33,131 nt of DNA from Octopus bimaculoides. Lineage: Eukaryota. The notes under the pieces are model-generated. The model saw nothing but the letters and a program-made list of their open reading frames with translations, did not search any database and was not told the DNA's origin. Position numbers and translations under genes: made by a program. This document shows positions 10,686 to 20,390 of this stretch, piece after piece. The stretch is from assembly GCF_001194135.2 (NCBI RefSeq), contig NC_068996.1, positions 16,919,127 to 16,952,257 on the forward strand. Direction: 5' to 3'. Within the stretch, counting starts at the first letter, position 1; every line of letters starts with the position of its first letter.

Positions 10686-10790
10686 TACTTCTTGATGTGT
10701 GTCAATTACCCATGGTTGAAATTTCATCGTCATTGAAAATTTATGAATTTGAAATTTCAACCATGGGTAATTGACACACATCAAGAAGTA
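10686..10790. repeat. Perfect 41-bp inverted repeat with 23-bp spacer
   Basis: TACTTCTTGATGTGTGTCAATTACCCATGGTTGAAATTTCA (10686-10726) is the exact reverse complement of 10750-10790. Confidence 0.95.
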
Positions 10791-11149
10791 TTCTCAAAGT
10801 TTCCACTTCTCATGAGGACTCTAAGACCCCCTAATGGGGGCCTTAACTCCCAAATTTTACTCATTTTTTATGAATCAAAACTAGGTCAAAAGTACAGAAT
10901 GGATCTTTATGAAATTTGGAAATTATATTCTATGCATAACGGCCATAACCCCCATGAAAATTCATATATTTTTGCTGTTAATGAAATTTTAACCATACAT
11001 ATTAGACACAAATGAAGTAATATTTCTAAAATTTCATCTTCTTAGAAGTTACAAAGACTCCTTCATGCGGACTTAACACCCACAATTTAGTCATTTTATT
11101 TAAGCAAAGATGAATACAGTTGTACTCTTGGAAGTTATAGGGTCACTCA

Positions 11150-11450
11150 AGCATAAAAGAAGAGCATTATTTGTAATTCAATGGTACAACAGTGTAAGAG
11201 TTTGCTTTGAGATATACTTGGATTGTGATTTCTGCAGTGTGGTACATAAATTGTCAAGTAAATGAGAGGCATCTTTGCCTCCACCAATTCAGTTGCAAAG
11301 TGTTCAGTAAAGTTATTTGGTTGCAGAACTCCTTTGAGTCTTTTTAGTATCACTGGGTCACACATAGTCCCCAGATGGTAACACTGATTTCAAGGCCTTC
11401 CCAGATGAGTGACTGGTTATTGAAAGACATTTATAGATTGTAAATTTATT
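11150..11450 (-). pseudogene. Possible CACTA/EnSpm-like transposase remnant
   Basis: Frameshifted peptide WEGLE/..PVILKRLKGVLQPNNFTEHFATELVEA/..ASHLLDNLC. It resembles the recalled pattern WK-E-LLYY-P-L-G-L-HF-LVEA-A--LL--FC. Weak and unverified. Confidence 0.35.
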
Positions 11451-12579
11451 CTGTCCAGTTACCTATCAGTATAGTGATCATTTGCAAACTCCAGAGGTGA
11501 CACTTTCATTTCTCCTTAGCCCTCACGTCACACAGTTGTTAATGTTTCAGATCCCTAATGCATCTTACAGCTATGCTTATCACCTGTATGGTGAGGAATC
11601 CAACGTTGGGGAGTAGTAATGACTAAGAAAGGGTAGCTGACTGCTTATCATGATCATTCATCTTTTTGTTTCCAGTAGCTTTCCTCTCTTTTACAAACCC
11701 AGTGAACATACATATATTTCCAATTTCAAAGAAATTCGAACAATACATATAACACCCAAGTTAAAAAGATTCTCAACAATTCAACTTCTCTGCTTGACAT
11801 TAAGACACCCTCCCACAATAGAGGCCTTAACTCCCACATTTTAGAGCTCCATGACATCCATTTTTCAGGTGCAAAATCCTTTTAACAGGTTCCATAAGAC
11901 TGGAATTTTGGATTCTACGCATAAAGATCAGTAGTATGGGATACATGTGTCATGATTAGAATTTTTTTTAGGGTGTGTAAAGAGGGAAAGAACCCTCATC
12001 TGCAATTTTGAAGAAATTTGAATCATAGGTATTCCAGTTCATAAGAGAAAATATAACAGAAAAGTCTAATTCTTCCATTGCGTGTAACACAGGCAATGCC
12101 AGGTATCTCTGTAAGTATATATATATATATATATATATATACAGAGAGAGAGAGATTCAGTTGAATTAGGTACTTAAGTTGAGGCACCAAGTCAGTCTGG
12201 TATTGTCTGCCTTTATATATATATATATTTGTGTGNNNNNNNNNNNNNNNNNNNNNNNNNNNNNNNNNNNNNNNNNNNNNNNNNNNNNNNNNNNNNNNNN
12301 NNNNNNNNNNNNNNNNNNNNNNNNNNNNNNNNNNNNNNNNNNNNNNNNNNNNNNNNNNNNNNNNNNNNNNNNNNNNNNNNNNNNNNNNNNNNNNNNNNNN
12401 NNNNNNNNNNNNNNNNNNNNNNNNNNNNNNNNNNNNNNNNNNNNNNNNNNNNNNNNNNNNNNNNNNNNNNNNNNNNNNNNNNNNNNNNNNNNNNNNNNNN
12501 NNNNTAATCCTCATGTACCCAGACTGTGGACACTGTATATATATATATATATACACACACACACATTCATGCATGCATG

Positions 12580-12624
12580 CATACAGACATACATACATAC
12601 ATACTTACATACATACATACATAC

Positions 12625-12655
<31 letters not shown>

Positions 12656-12684
12656 CATACATACATACATACGTACATACATAC
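12580..12684. repeat. (TACA)n tetranucleotide microsatellite
   Basis: Visible; the source of the HTYIHTYI ORFs. Confidence 0.95.
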
Positions 12685-13230
12685 AAGTACATTCTTATAC
12701 ATACAAGCCTATTAAATTCCAACATAATTTATTTTCTATTTCTGGACATACATGAGAAATGGTCTGGTAAACGGTATTACCAAAAGGTAATGATGATGAT
12801 GATGATGATGATGATGCAAGTGGTGGTGGTGGTGGTGGTGATGATATACACTACCTTAATTCATTTTCTAATTTAATTGGGAAATCTATTTAAGATAATT
12901 GTTGTCAACTAATGTTTCCTATTTAATTATTTTTTTCTTTTATGTTTTGTGATGTATTGCATATTAGTAAATGTTTCACGCACACACACACAAGCACGCA
13001 CACACACACACACACACACATTATATACAAAACTTATATGCATGCATGGAAGATGGACATTAAACAATGATGATGATGATATATGTTATATCATCATGAT
13101 CATCATATATAATACATACACACAAACATATATATATATATATCTCTTTCCTTTCCCGAGCGTCCAATAACACTATCCGTATCACGTCCTCACTTTGTTG
13201 TTTTTTTGTTATTGTTTTTTGTGTGTTTTT

Positions 13231-13285
<55 letters not shown>

Positions 13286-13330
13286 TAGCAGAGCCACCCG
13301 GCATTGCCCGGGAATGAAATTGTTGCTTAT

Positions 13331-13692
13331 TGGTACTTCTCCAGGCCACTTCCTTGCTTTACAATGAATGCACTCAGTTGGCATTGCACCAATGGAAACT
13401 CTAGTGTCATCCACATAATGAACTGCTGGATCATAATTGAAAGCTGCTTCATAGAAGTTGCTTCTCTGAGCTATTGCAATTGCTCTTCATTCTGCAGTGG
13501 AGATACTATTCTTTGTCAGTCGTGCATACGACTCTGTTCATCACTTTCAGATGCTGTAGCTTTTGTAGTGCACAGTGTGTTGTTTTCTTGGCGTGCTTCC
13601 CTTTCTGCAGTTGTCTCTCTTTTTCTGAACAGATACGTTCTTTTGTCTGACCTTGATTTTATAGACAAATTTGACATTTTCCTTCTAGGCAT
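13331..13692 (-). pseudogene. Helitron Rep/helicase N-terminal remnant including the start of the zinc finger
   Basis: MPRRKMSNLSIKSRSDKR...RKRETTAEREARQE...ASESDEQ* then a frameshift to AFNYDPAVHYVDDTRVSIGAMPTECIHCKARKWPGE. This matches the recalled Helitron pattern AF-YDP--Y----IG-M---C--C-A-K. Confidence 0.8.
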
Positions 13693-13830
13693 GGTTATAT
13701 ACGTATACAGAAATACACAAGTGCAGAAGATAGTAAACAATGAAAATAACTTGGTAACGGAAATTATGTTTCTTAATACGACAGGCAGAAAGTCAATAAG
13801 AAATTTTAACGAAAAATAAAGTATTGTACA

Positions 13831-14423
13831 GATTGAAGCGAAATTTGTCAGTCAGTGAACCAGTATCAAAGGTACCAGAAAAAAAATCTCAGCAACAGGA
13901 AAACACAAAACCGTACTTCTGTTAGTAAATTATGAAATTACTTACATCAGTAAATCTGAACTTGTTAGCGATTGAAAACGTAAACTTTTAGTGAGAACAG
14001 TAACGACTGAAGTTAAATTGAGGTTGAAGCGAAATTTGTCACTCAGTGAACCAAAGAGCCAGTATCAAAGGTACAGGAAAAAAAAAACCTCAGCAACAGG
14101 AAAACACAAAACCGTACTTTTGTTAGTAAATTATGAAATTACTTACATCAGTAAATGTGAACTTCTTGGCGATTGAAAACGTAAATTTTTAGTGAGAACA
14201 GTAACGATTGAAGTTAAAGTGAGGTTGAAGCGAAATTTGTCACTCAGTGAACCAAAGAGCCAGTATCGAAGGTACCAGAAAAAAAAAACCTCAGCAACAG
14301 GAAAACACAAAACCGTACTTCTGTTAGTAAATTATGAAATTACTTACATCAGTAAATGTGAACTTGTTCGCAATTGAAAATGTAAACTTTTAGTGAGAAC
14401 AGTAACGATTGAAGTTAAAGTGA
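13831..14423. repeat. Three tandem units of about 191-201 bp inside the Helitron
   Basis: TTGAAGCGAAATTTGTCA.TCAGTGAAC recurs; unit starts are about 13831, 14022 and 14223. The units are highly similar. Confidence 0.95.
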
Positions 14424-14922
14424 AAAAAAAACTATGGCTACCGGAAGTTGACATTGAGGAACCTTTTTAAAGAAGTGAATCTTAAATATAAAGCAATATT
14501 ATTTATTTTTAATAAAAAAAATCAAATGAAGAGCCTAACATTTATCCGAGGTCAAATTATTCATGCATCACAAGTATGGAAGTAAATGGTCAAGCCGTTT
14601 TCACGTGATAAGCGATTACACACACATCTCTATTTTATTATGAAATTACTTACATCAGTAAATATGAGTAAACTTTTAGTGAGAACAGTAACGATTAAAG
14701 TTAAAGTGAAAAAAAACTATGGCTACCGGAAGTTGACATTGAGGAACCTTTTTAAAGAAGTGAATCTTAAATATAAAGCAATATTATTTAGTTTTAATTA
14801 AAAAAATCAAATGAAGTGCCTAACATTTATCCGAGGTCAAATTATTCATGCATCACAAGTATGGAAGTAAATGGTGAAGCCGTTTTCACGTGATAAGCGA
14901 TTACACACACATCTCTATTTTA
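14393..14922. repeat. Tandem duplication (about 285 bp) of the Helitron 5' subterminal segment
   Basis: GTGAGAACAGTAACGATT...CACACATCTCTATTTTA occurs at about 14393-14637 and 14679-14922. Confidence 0.95.
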
Positions 14923-14956
14923 TATATATTATATATATATATATATNNNNNNNNNN

Positions 14957-14999
<43 letters not shown>

Positions 15000-15344
15000 G
15001 AAGAGAAAGAGAAGGAGAGAGAGAGAGACTGACAGACAGAGATTGATGCAAATAAACTAATAAAACTGCCTGGGCTTGATATACTAAATATGTACACATG
15101 ATGTAAATAGAGAGAAAGCAAAGACTGAAAATTTTCAGGCAATGAATATTCAAGTATAAATAGATAGATGGCTATACATTGACAGAAGAAACGCATACAG
15201 AGTACAAAGACACAGAAAATTAAAGGGAAGAAAGCATGGTGTTACAAGTCTGACAGCTGTTTCTGGAGTCTCAAAGTTACTACATAATACATTATTTACA
15301 TTATTTACATTTCATGGATATTTGTCCTCATCTTGTTTGTTGTT

Positions 15345-15390
15345 AACACAACGTTTCAGCTGATATACCCTCCAGCCTTCATCAGGTGTC
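15345..15390 (-). ncRNA. Minimal type I hammerhead ribozyme (intact core)
   Basis: GACAC-CUGAUGA-A-GGCUG[GAGGGUAUAU]CAGCU-GAAAC-GUU^GUGUU. Stem I GACAC/GUGUU, stem II GGCUG/CAGCU, palindromic ACGU in place of stem III. Predicted cleavage between 15350 and 15349. Confidence 0.75.
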
Positions 15391-15458
15391 TTGGGGAAAT
15401 TTCGAACCTGGGTTCTCATTCCTAAGGTATTTTTTGATGTTATTATTATTATTATTAT

Positions 15459-15533
15459 TCAGGTCACTGCCTGGAATAGAACTTGTAATCTTGGGGTTAG
15501 TAGCCCATGCTCTTAACCACTACACTATATGCC
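15459..15533 (-). other. tRNA-derived Pol III promoter head (not a functional tRNA)
   Basis: GGCATATAGTGTAGTGGTTAAG (A box)...GGGCTACTAACCC (anticodon-like loop)...AAGTTCTATTCC (decayed B box), followed by (AAT)n. The acceptor and T stems pair poorly. Confidence 0.7.
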
Positions 15534-15594
15534 TGTGGGCATATGGCGTAGTGGTTACCTTAGGAATGAGAACCCAGGTTCGAAATTTCTCCAA

Positions 15595-15637
15595 GACACC
15601 TGATGAAGGCTGGAGGGTATATCAGCTGAAACGTGTT
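15595..15637 (+). ncRNA. Disabled hammerhead ribozyme copy (cleavage triplet deleted)
   Basis: GACAC-CTGATGA-A-GGCTG...CAGCT-GAAAC-GTGTT is 3 nt shorter than the left copy and has no NUH triplet. Confidence 0.7.
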
Positions 15638-16710
15638 AACAACAAACAAGATGAGGACAAATATCCGTCAAATGTAAATAATGTAAATAATGTACATAAT
15701 TCCTCATCTCTTAAATATAAAACTGTATTACTACATAATGTTGGCAAATAATTTCATTGGTTGAATTTCCTGGATTTCAGCTGCATAGAATTCTACATTA
15801 TACCTCTCCGTACTGGATTTCTATGTGGTATTATAGCTGAGTCTACTAGAGGAGCTTTTCTGTGATTTCCACAGTATTCCAAGAATCTATATACTCCACT
15901 ACAAATTTATGTGTATATATAAAGATATGTTTATGCATATGTATATATATATATATATATATATATTTATTTATTTATGTGTTTCAGCCAAGTGGCTGCG
16001 GTCAAAAAAAAAAATTTTTTATAAATTTATTAAATTTTATATTCACTCAAATGCCCAAAATAACAGGGAGTCTCTACCTTATAAACAGGAGTTACACCAC
16101 AGTCATTTTGTGATCTTTGCTACCCTGGTATCTATTAACCAATTTATTTTGTCGGAGTTAATTGTTAACAAAGAGAAAATAAATACATATAATTATATAT
16201 ATATATGCAAAGTATATAATTTTATAAATATAATTATAAAAGTATAAGGGCAACTACCAAGTAATACCACATGCCAGACAAAAATGCCAAAAGGCTCTAA
16301 AACTACTTTATTTATCTCATAGATGTGGGCTGAAATCGTAGGAATGAACATAAACGATTTTTTGAAAAAGTTTAGCCATAGATCGATTTCTGGTTTAGTG
16401 ATGTAATACCACGTTACCGTTCTCAGTATGGCATGACCAAAAGAACATAATCATAAACAGTTATACACACCATACGAACACAACGTATCCACAGTACATA
16501 TACAAATGTTCACACTTACATACAAGTTAAATATCTAGTTTGTTCATTTCAGCTACGTGTGAATAACGAAAATAATTCAGCAGCAAATAAATTTGATTTA
16601 AGTGAATTCATATTTATCAATTATAATCAAGGATAAAATCTATATAGGATTTTATCAAGTAACTAATGTGTGAAAACTGATTAAGGTACTAGATTTTTAA
16701 CTTGTATATA

Positions 16711-16868
16711 ACTTGTCGTTAGGAAGGGCACCCAGCTGTAGAAACTCTGCCAAATTTAGATTGGAGCCTGGTGTTGCCATCCGGTTTCACCAGTCCTCAG
16801 TCAAATCGTCCAACCCATGCTAGCATGGAAAGCGGACGTTAAACGATAATGATGATGATGATGATGAT
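16711..16868 (+). mobile_element. Family C retroposon (5'-truncated) inside the foldback arm
   Basis: GTTAGGAAGGGCACCCAGCTGTAGAAAC...CGTTAAACGATAATGATGATG. Confidence 0.9.
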
Positions 16869-16899
16869 AAGTGTGAACATTTGTATATGGACTGCGGAT

Positions 16900-17009
16900 C
16901 TCTTTTACTTTTACTCTTTTACTTGTTTCAGTCATTTGACTGCAGACATGCTGGAGCNNNNNNNNNNGTAGGTAAGCAAGCTACTTACCACACAGCCACT
17001 CCTGCACCT
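16900..17009 (-). mobile_element. Family B SINE, both ends present, middle collapsed into a 10-N gap
   Basis: 3' tail (CTCTTTTACTTGTTTCAGTCATTTGACTGC) lies left of gap 16958-16967; 5' head (CTTACCACACAGCCACTCCTGCACCTA) lies right of it. Confidence 0.85.
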
Positions 17010-17366
17010 ATATATATTGTTTTCATGTGCTGTGTATAAATGTTTATAATTATGTACTTTTGGTGATTATTTCATACCAAGGATGGTAAAGTGGTATTAC
17101 ATCACTAAACCAGAAATTGATCTATGGCTAAACTTTTTCAAAAAATTTTTTTGTTCATTCCTACGCTTTCAGCCCATGTCTATGTGATAAATAAAGTAGT
17201 TTTAGAGCCTTTGGTGTCTTCTTCTAGCATGTGGCATTATTTGGTAGATGCCCTTGTTATAATTTTATAATTATATTTATAAAATTATATATTTTGTATT
17301 AGTTTTTACCTTACTTGGTTTTTACACACTAGCTACTTCATAAAATATTTTTATCCCTGATTATAA

Positions 17367-17410
<44 letters not shown>

Positions 17411-18394
17411 ATCCCATCGAGAAAGGAATAATTATAAATTTTTTCTATATGTGACAGTGGATTTTCATCGATGAGTTCATAAACCTTGGTTCTTTTCCCT
17501 AATACTATATATTTATATATANNNNNNNNNNNNNNNNNNNNNNNNNNNNNNNNNNNNNNNNNNNNNNNNNNNNNNNNNNNNNNNNNNNNNNNNNNNNNNN
17601 NNNNNNNNNNNNNNNNNNNNNNNNNNNNNNNNNNNNNNNNNNNNNNNNNNNNNNNNNNNNNNNNNNNNNNNNNNNNNNNNNNNNNNNNNNNNNNNNNNNN
17701 NNNNNNNNNNNNNNNNNNNNNNNNNNNNNNNNNNNNNNNNNNNNNNNNNNNNNNNNNNNNNNNNNNNNNNNNNNNNNNNNNNNNNNNNNNNNNNNNNNNN
17801 NNNNNNNNNNNNNNNNNNNNNNNNNNNNNNNNNNNNNNNNNNNNNNNNNNNNNNNNNNNNNNNNNNNNNNNNNNNNNNNNNNNNNNNNNNNNNNNNNNNN
17901 NNNNNNNNNNNNNNNNNNNNNNNNNNNNNNNNNNNNNNNNNNNNNNNNNNNNNNNNNNNNNNNNNNNNNNNNNNNNNNNNNNNNNNNNNNNNNNNNCTAA
18001 TATTAGGAGGAAACATTTTGTTTGTATATATGCATGTATATGTATATATATGCTTCTGAGTGCATGCTTCTATGTGTGTAAGAGAGAGAGAGAGAGAAAG
18101 GGACTTTACAATCCATGTACTTATATGAAAAGAATTGAGCTAAAATGGTGACATCTGTTGATCAACTAGCAAACTGTCCTGTTACACTGTGTTTCCAAAA
18201 ACAATTTTTGTGGGAAAAAACATTGATGTTTTTCTGCTATTTCTGGTTATGCTACAACTCCCATTATATCTCCCCTTCCTTTCCCCAGTAATTACAATTT
18301 GTTTCCAATATTCTTTTAATCTAAAGAGTCAAGACAATGAGTTGACATTTTGTTGAAAATGTCATATTGAAAGGAATTCTGATTATCATATCAT

Positions 18395-18540
18395 GTATAA
18401 ACATATGTATAGATACATAAATACACACATGTGTGTGTATGTATATATATATGTGTGTGTGTGTGTATCTATATATATGTATGTGTATATATATATGTAT
18501 ATACACACACATACACATATGCATATATATATATTTATAT

Positions 18541-18609
<69 letters not shown>

Positions 18610-18615
18610 TATCTA

Positions 18616-18671
<56 letters not shown>

Positions 18672-18750
18672 TACATGTATCTATGCATATATACATATAA
18701 GTGTATGCATATACACATAATATTGATAATTACACACACACACACACATA
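18395..18750. repeat. Compound (TA)/(CA)/(TG)/(CT) microsatellite block
   Basis: Visible; the source of several IYIY ORFs. Confidence 0.95.
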
Positions 18751-19018
18751 CACATATAACTTTCTTATTGATGTTGTTTATACTGCATTCTGCAGATGGA
18801 ATTTTTTAAAAATACCTACCTATCCCATTTCCATAGATACTCACTTATTTTCTATTACCAGCCCCTATACCCTTTTACATTTCCATCTACTTAACAGATT
18901 TCAGATAGCTGAAGATTATTACAGAACTGCTACATTGAGTAATGGGGAGAAGCCTAAGAGCTGAATAATTATTACCAGATATATATACATATAATGTGTG
19001 TATATATATATATAGATA

Positions 19019-19060
<42 letters not shown>

Positions 19061-19952
19061 NNNNNNNNNNNNNNNNNNNNNNNNNNNNNNNNNNNNNNNN
19101 NNNNNNNNNNNNNNNNNNNNNNNNNNNNNNNNNNNNNNNNNNNNNNNNNNNNNNNNNNNNNNNNNNNNNNNNNNNNNNNNNNNNNNNNNNNNNNNNNNNN
19201 NNNNNNNNNNNNNNNNNNNNNNNNNNNNNNNNNNNNNNNNNNNNNNNNNNNNNNNNNNNNNNNNNNNNNNNNNNNNNNNNNNNNNNNNNNNNNNNNNNNN
19301 NNNNNNNNNNNNNNNNNNNNNNNNNNNNNNNNNNNNNNNNNNNNNNNNNNNNNNNNNNNNNNNNNNNNNNNNNNNNNNNNNNNNNNNNNNNNNNNNNNNN
19401 NNNNNNNNNNNNNNNNNNNNNNNNNNNNNNNNNNNNNNNNNNNNNNNNNNNNNNNNNNNNNNNNNNNNNNNNNNNNNNNNNNNNNNNNNNNNNNNNNNNN
19501 NNNNNNNNNNNNNNNNNNNNNNNNNNNNNNNNNNNNNNNNNNNNNNNNNNNNNNNNNNNNNNNNNNNNNNNNNNNNNNNNNNNNNNNNNNNNNNNNNNNN
19601 NNNNNNNNNNNNNNNNNNNNNNNNNNNNNNNNNNNNNNNNNNNNNNNNNNNNNNNNNNNNNNNNNNNNNNNNNNNNNNNNNNNNNNNNNNNNNNNNNNNN
19701 NNNNNNNNNNNNNNNNNNNNNNNNNNNNNNNNNNNNNNNNNNNNNNNNNNNNNNNNNNNNNNNNNNNNNNNNNNNNNNNNNNNNNNNNNNNNNNNNNNNN
19801 NNNNNNNNNNNNNNNNNNNNNNNNNNNNNNNNNNNNNNNNNNNNNNNNNNNNNNNNNNNNNNNNNNNNNNNNNNNNNNNNNNNNNNNNNNNNNNNNNNNN
19901 NNNNNNNNNNNNNNNNNNNNNNNNNNNNNNNNNNNNNNNNNNNNNNNNNNNN

Positions 19953-20005
<53 letters not shown>

Positions 20006-20009
20006 CATA

Positions 20010-20040
<31 letters not shown>

Positions 20041-20050
20041 GTACACATTT

Positions 20051-20390
20051 ATATTATACACTAACTCTGCTAATTTAGAGCAGCTTATGTATTGCATAAA
20101 CAACAGCAAAGTGCGAAACAGGTTCAATAACTCACCTACTGAATCTAGCAAACGTACGCGTCTAAATACTAACAAAGTAGATGTAAACCACAATGAAAAG
20201 CACCAATTACGATCAAATTGTAATAGCAGAAATATTTATGATATAGCTAAAAACAGTAACAACATCAGTAAATGGAATCAGGACTGCCTTATATACAAAT
20301 AAATATGATAAATGCTCACGCAGAGAAAAATCAAAATGTCCTTTGATAAATCTCTGTATGAGTACAAATCTTGTATATAAATGTACTGTC
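20051..20390 (+). mobile_element. Penelope-like element remnant (RT to GIY-YIG linker)
   Basis: KCSRREKSKCPLINLCMSTNLVYKCTV (20310-20390) matches the recalled PLE motif CNCR-K--CPL---C---N-VYK--V. Upstream, in another frame, ILYTNSANLEQLMYCINNSK resembles the ISYS-M-N-II-N segment. Confidence 0.65.

Larger units (their letters stand above)
10415..12115 (+). mobile_element. Old non-autonomous Helitron with nested insertions
   Basis: 5' end A|TCTACTATATAAAA (10415). Decayed 3' end ACAGGCAATGCCAGGTATCTCTGTAAG|T, homologous to the 3' end of the 13285 Helitron, followed by (TA)n. Diverged internal repeat units start at about 10751, 10983 and 11731. Confidence 0.6.
13285..14929 (-). mobile_element. 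Non-autonomous, internally deleted Helitron inserted in (TA)n
   Basis: Minus-strand 3' end: hairpin CCCGGGCAATGCCGGG (13297-13312), then 12 nt ending CTAG|T. The 5' region reads ...TATATATAAAATAGAGATGTG, but the terminal TC is obscured by (TA)n. Contains a RepHel N-terminal remnant and tandem repeats. Confidence 0.85.
15289..15727 (-). mobile_element. tRNA-headed, hammerhead-ribozyme-containing retroposon with inverted partial duplication (Penelope-type, non-autonomous)
   Basis: 12-bp TSD TTACTACATAAT (15277-15288 and 15728-15739). Inverted arms 15289-15429 and 15556-15693. tRNA-like head 15459-15533(-). Hammerhead cores in both arms. Confidence 0.8.
16206..17298. mobile_element. Foldback / long-TIR DNA element (arms about 335 bp, spacer about 146 bp) with two nested retro-insertions
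   Basis: Left arm 16206-16541 pairs with a right arm in three pieces: 16689-16710, 16869-16899 and 17010-17298. No TSD found. Confidence 0.8.

Noticed and set aside
13304-13819. 171-aa plus-strand ORF
   Set aside because: It is the antisense shadow of the Helitron RepHel remnant; the recognisable motifs are on the minus strand.
13991-14377. Two near-identical 61-aa ORFs and a regularly spaced array that might suggest CRISPR or a peptide gene cluster
   Set aside because: Whole units of about 200 bp are repeated with no unique spacers. The ORFs start at GTG, which is a prokaryotic ORF-caller convention, and the context is a eukaryotic Helitron.
15459-15533. tRNA gene with anticodon ACT
   Set aside because: The acceptor and T stems pair poorly, the B box is mutated, and it is embedded in a TSD-flanked repeat. 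It is a SINE-type head, as are the A/B boxes of families A, B and D.
17464-17485. TCATCGATGAG resembling a hammerhead CUGAUGAG core
   Set aside because: The core is mismatched and no GAAAC or stems follow; it is just a 10-bp palindrome.
17486-20302. Long ORFs of 167-427 aa in the ORF track (also 12023-12755, 21773-22295, 30887-31772)
   Set aside because: They consist mostly of X from N-gaps plus IYIY/THTH microsatellite translation. Only the tail of 19019..20302 has meaning, as a PLE remnant.
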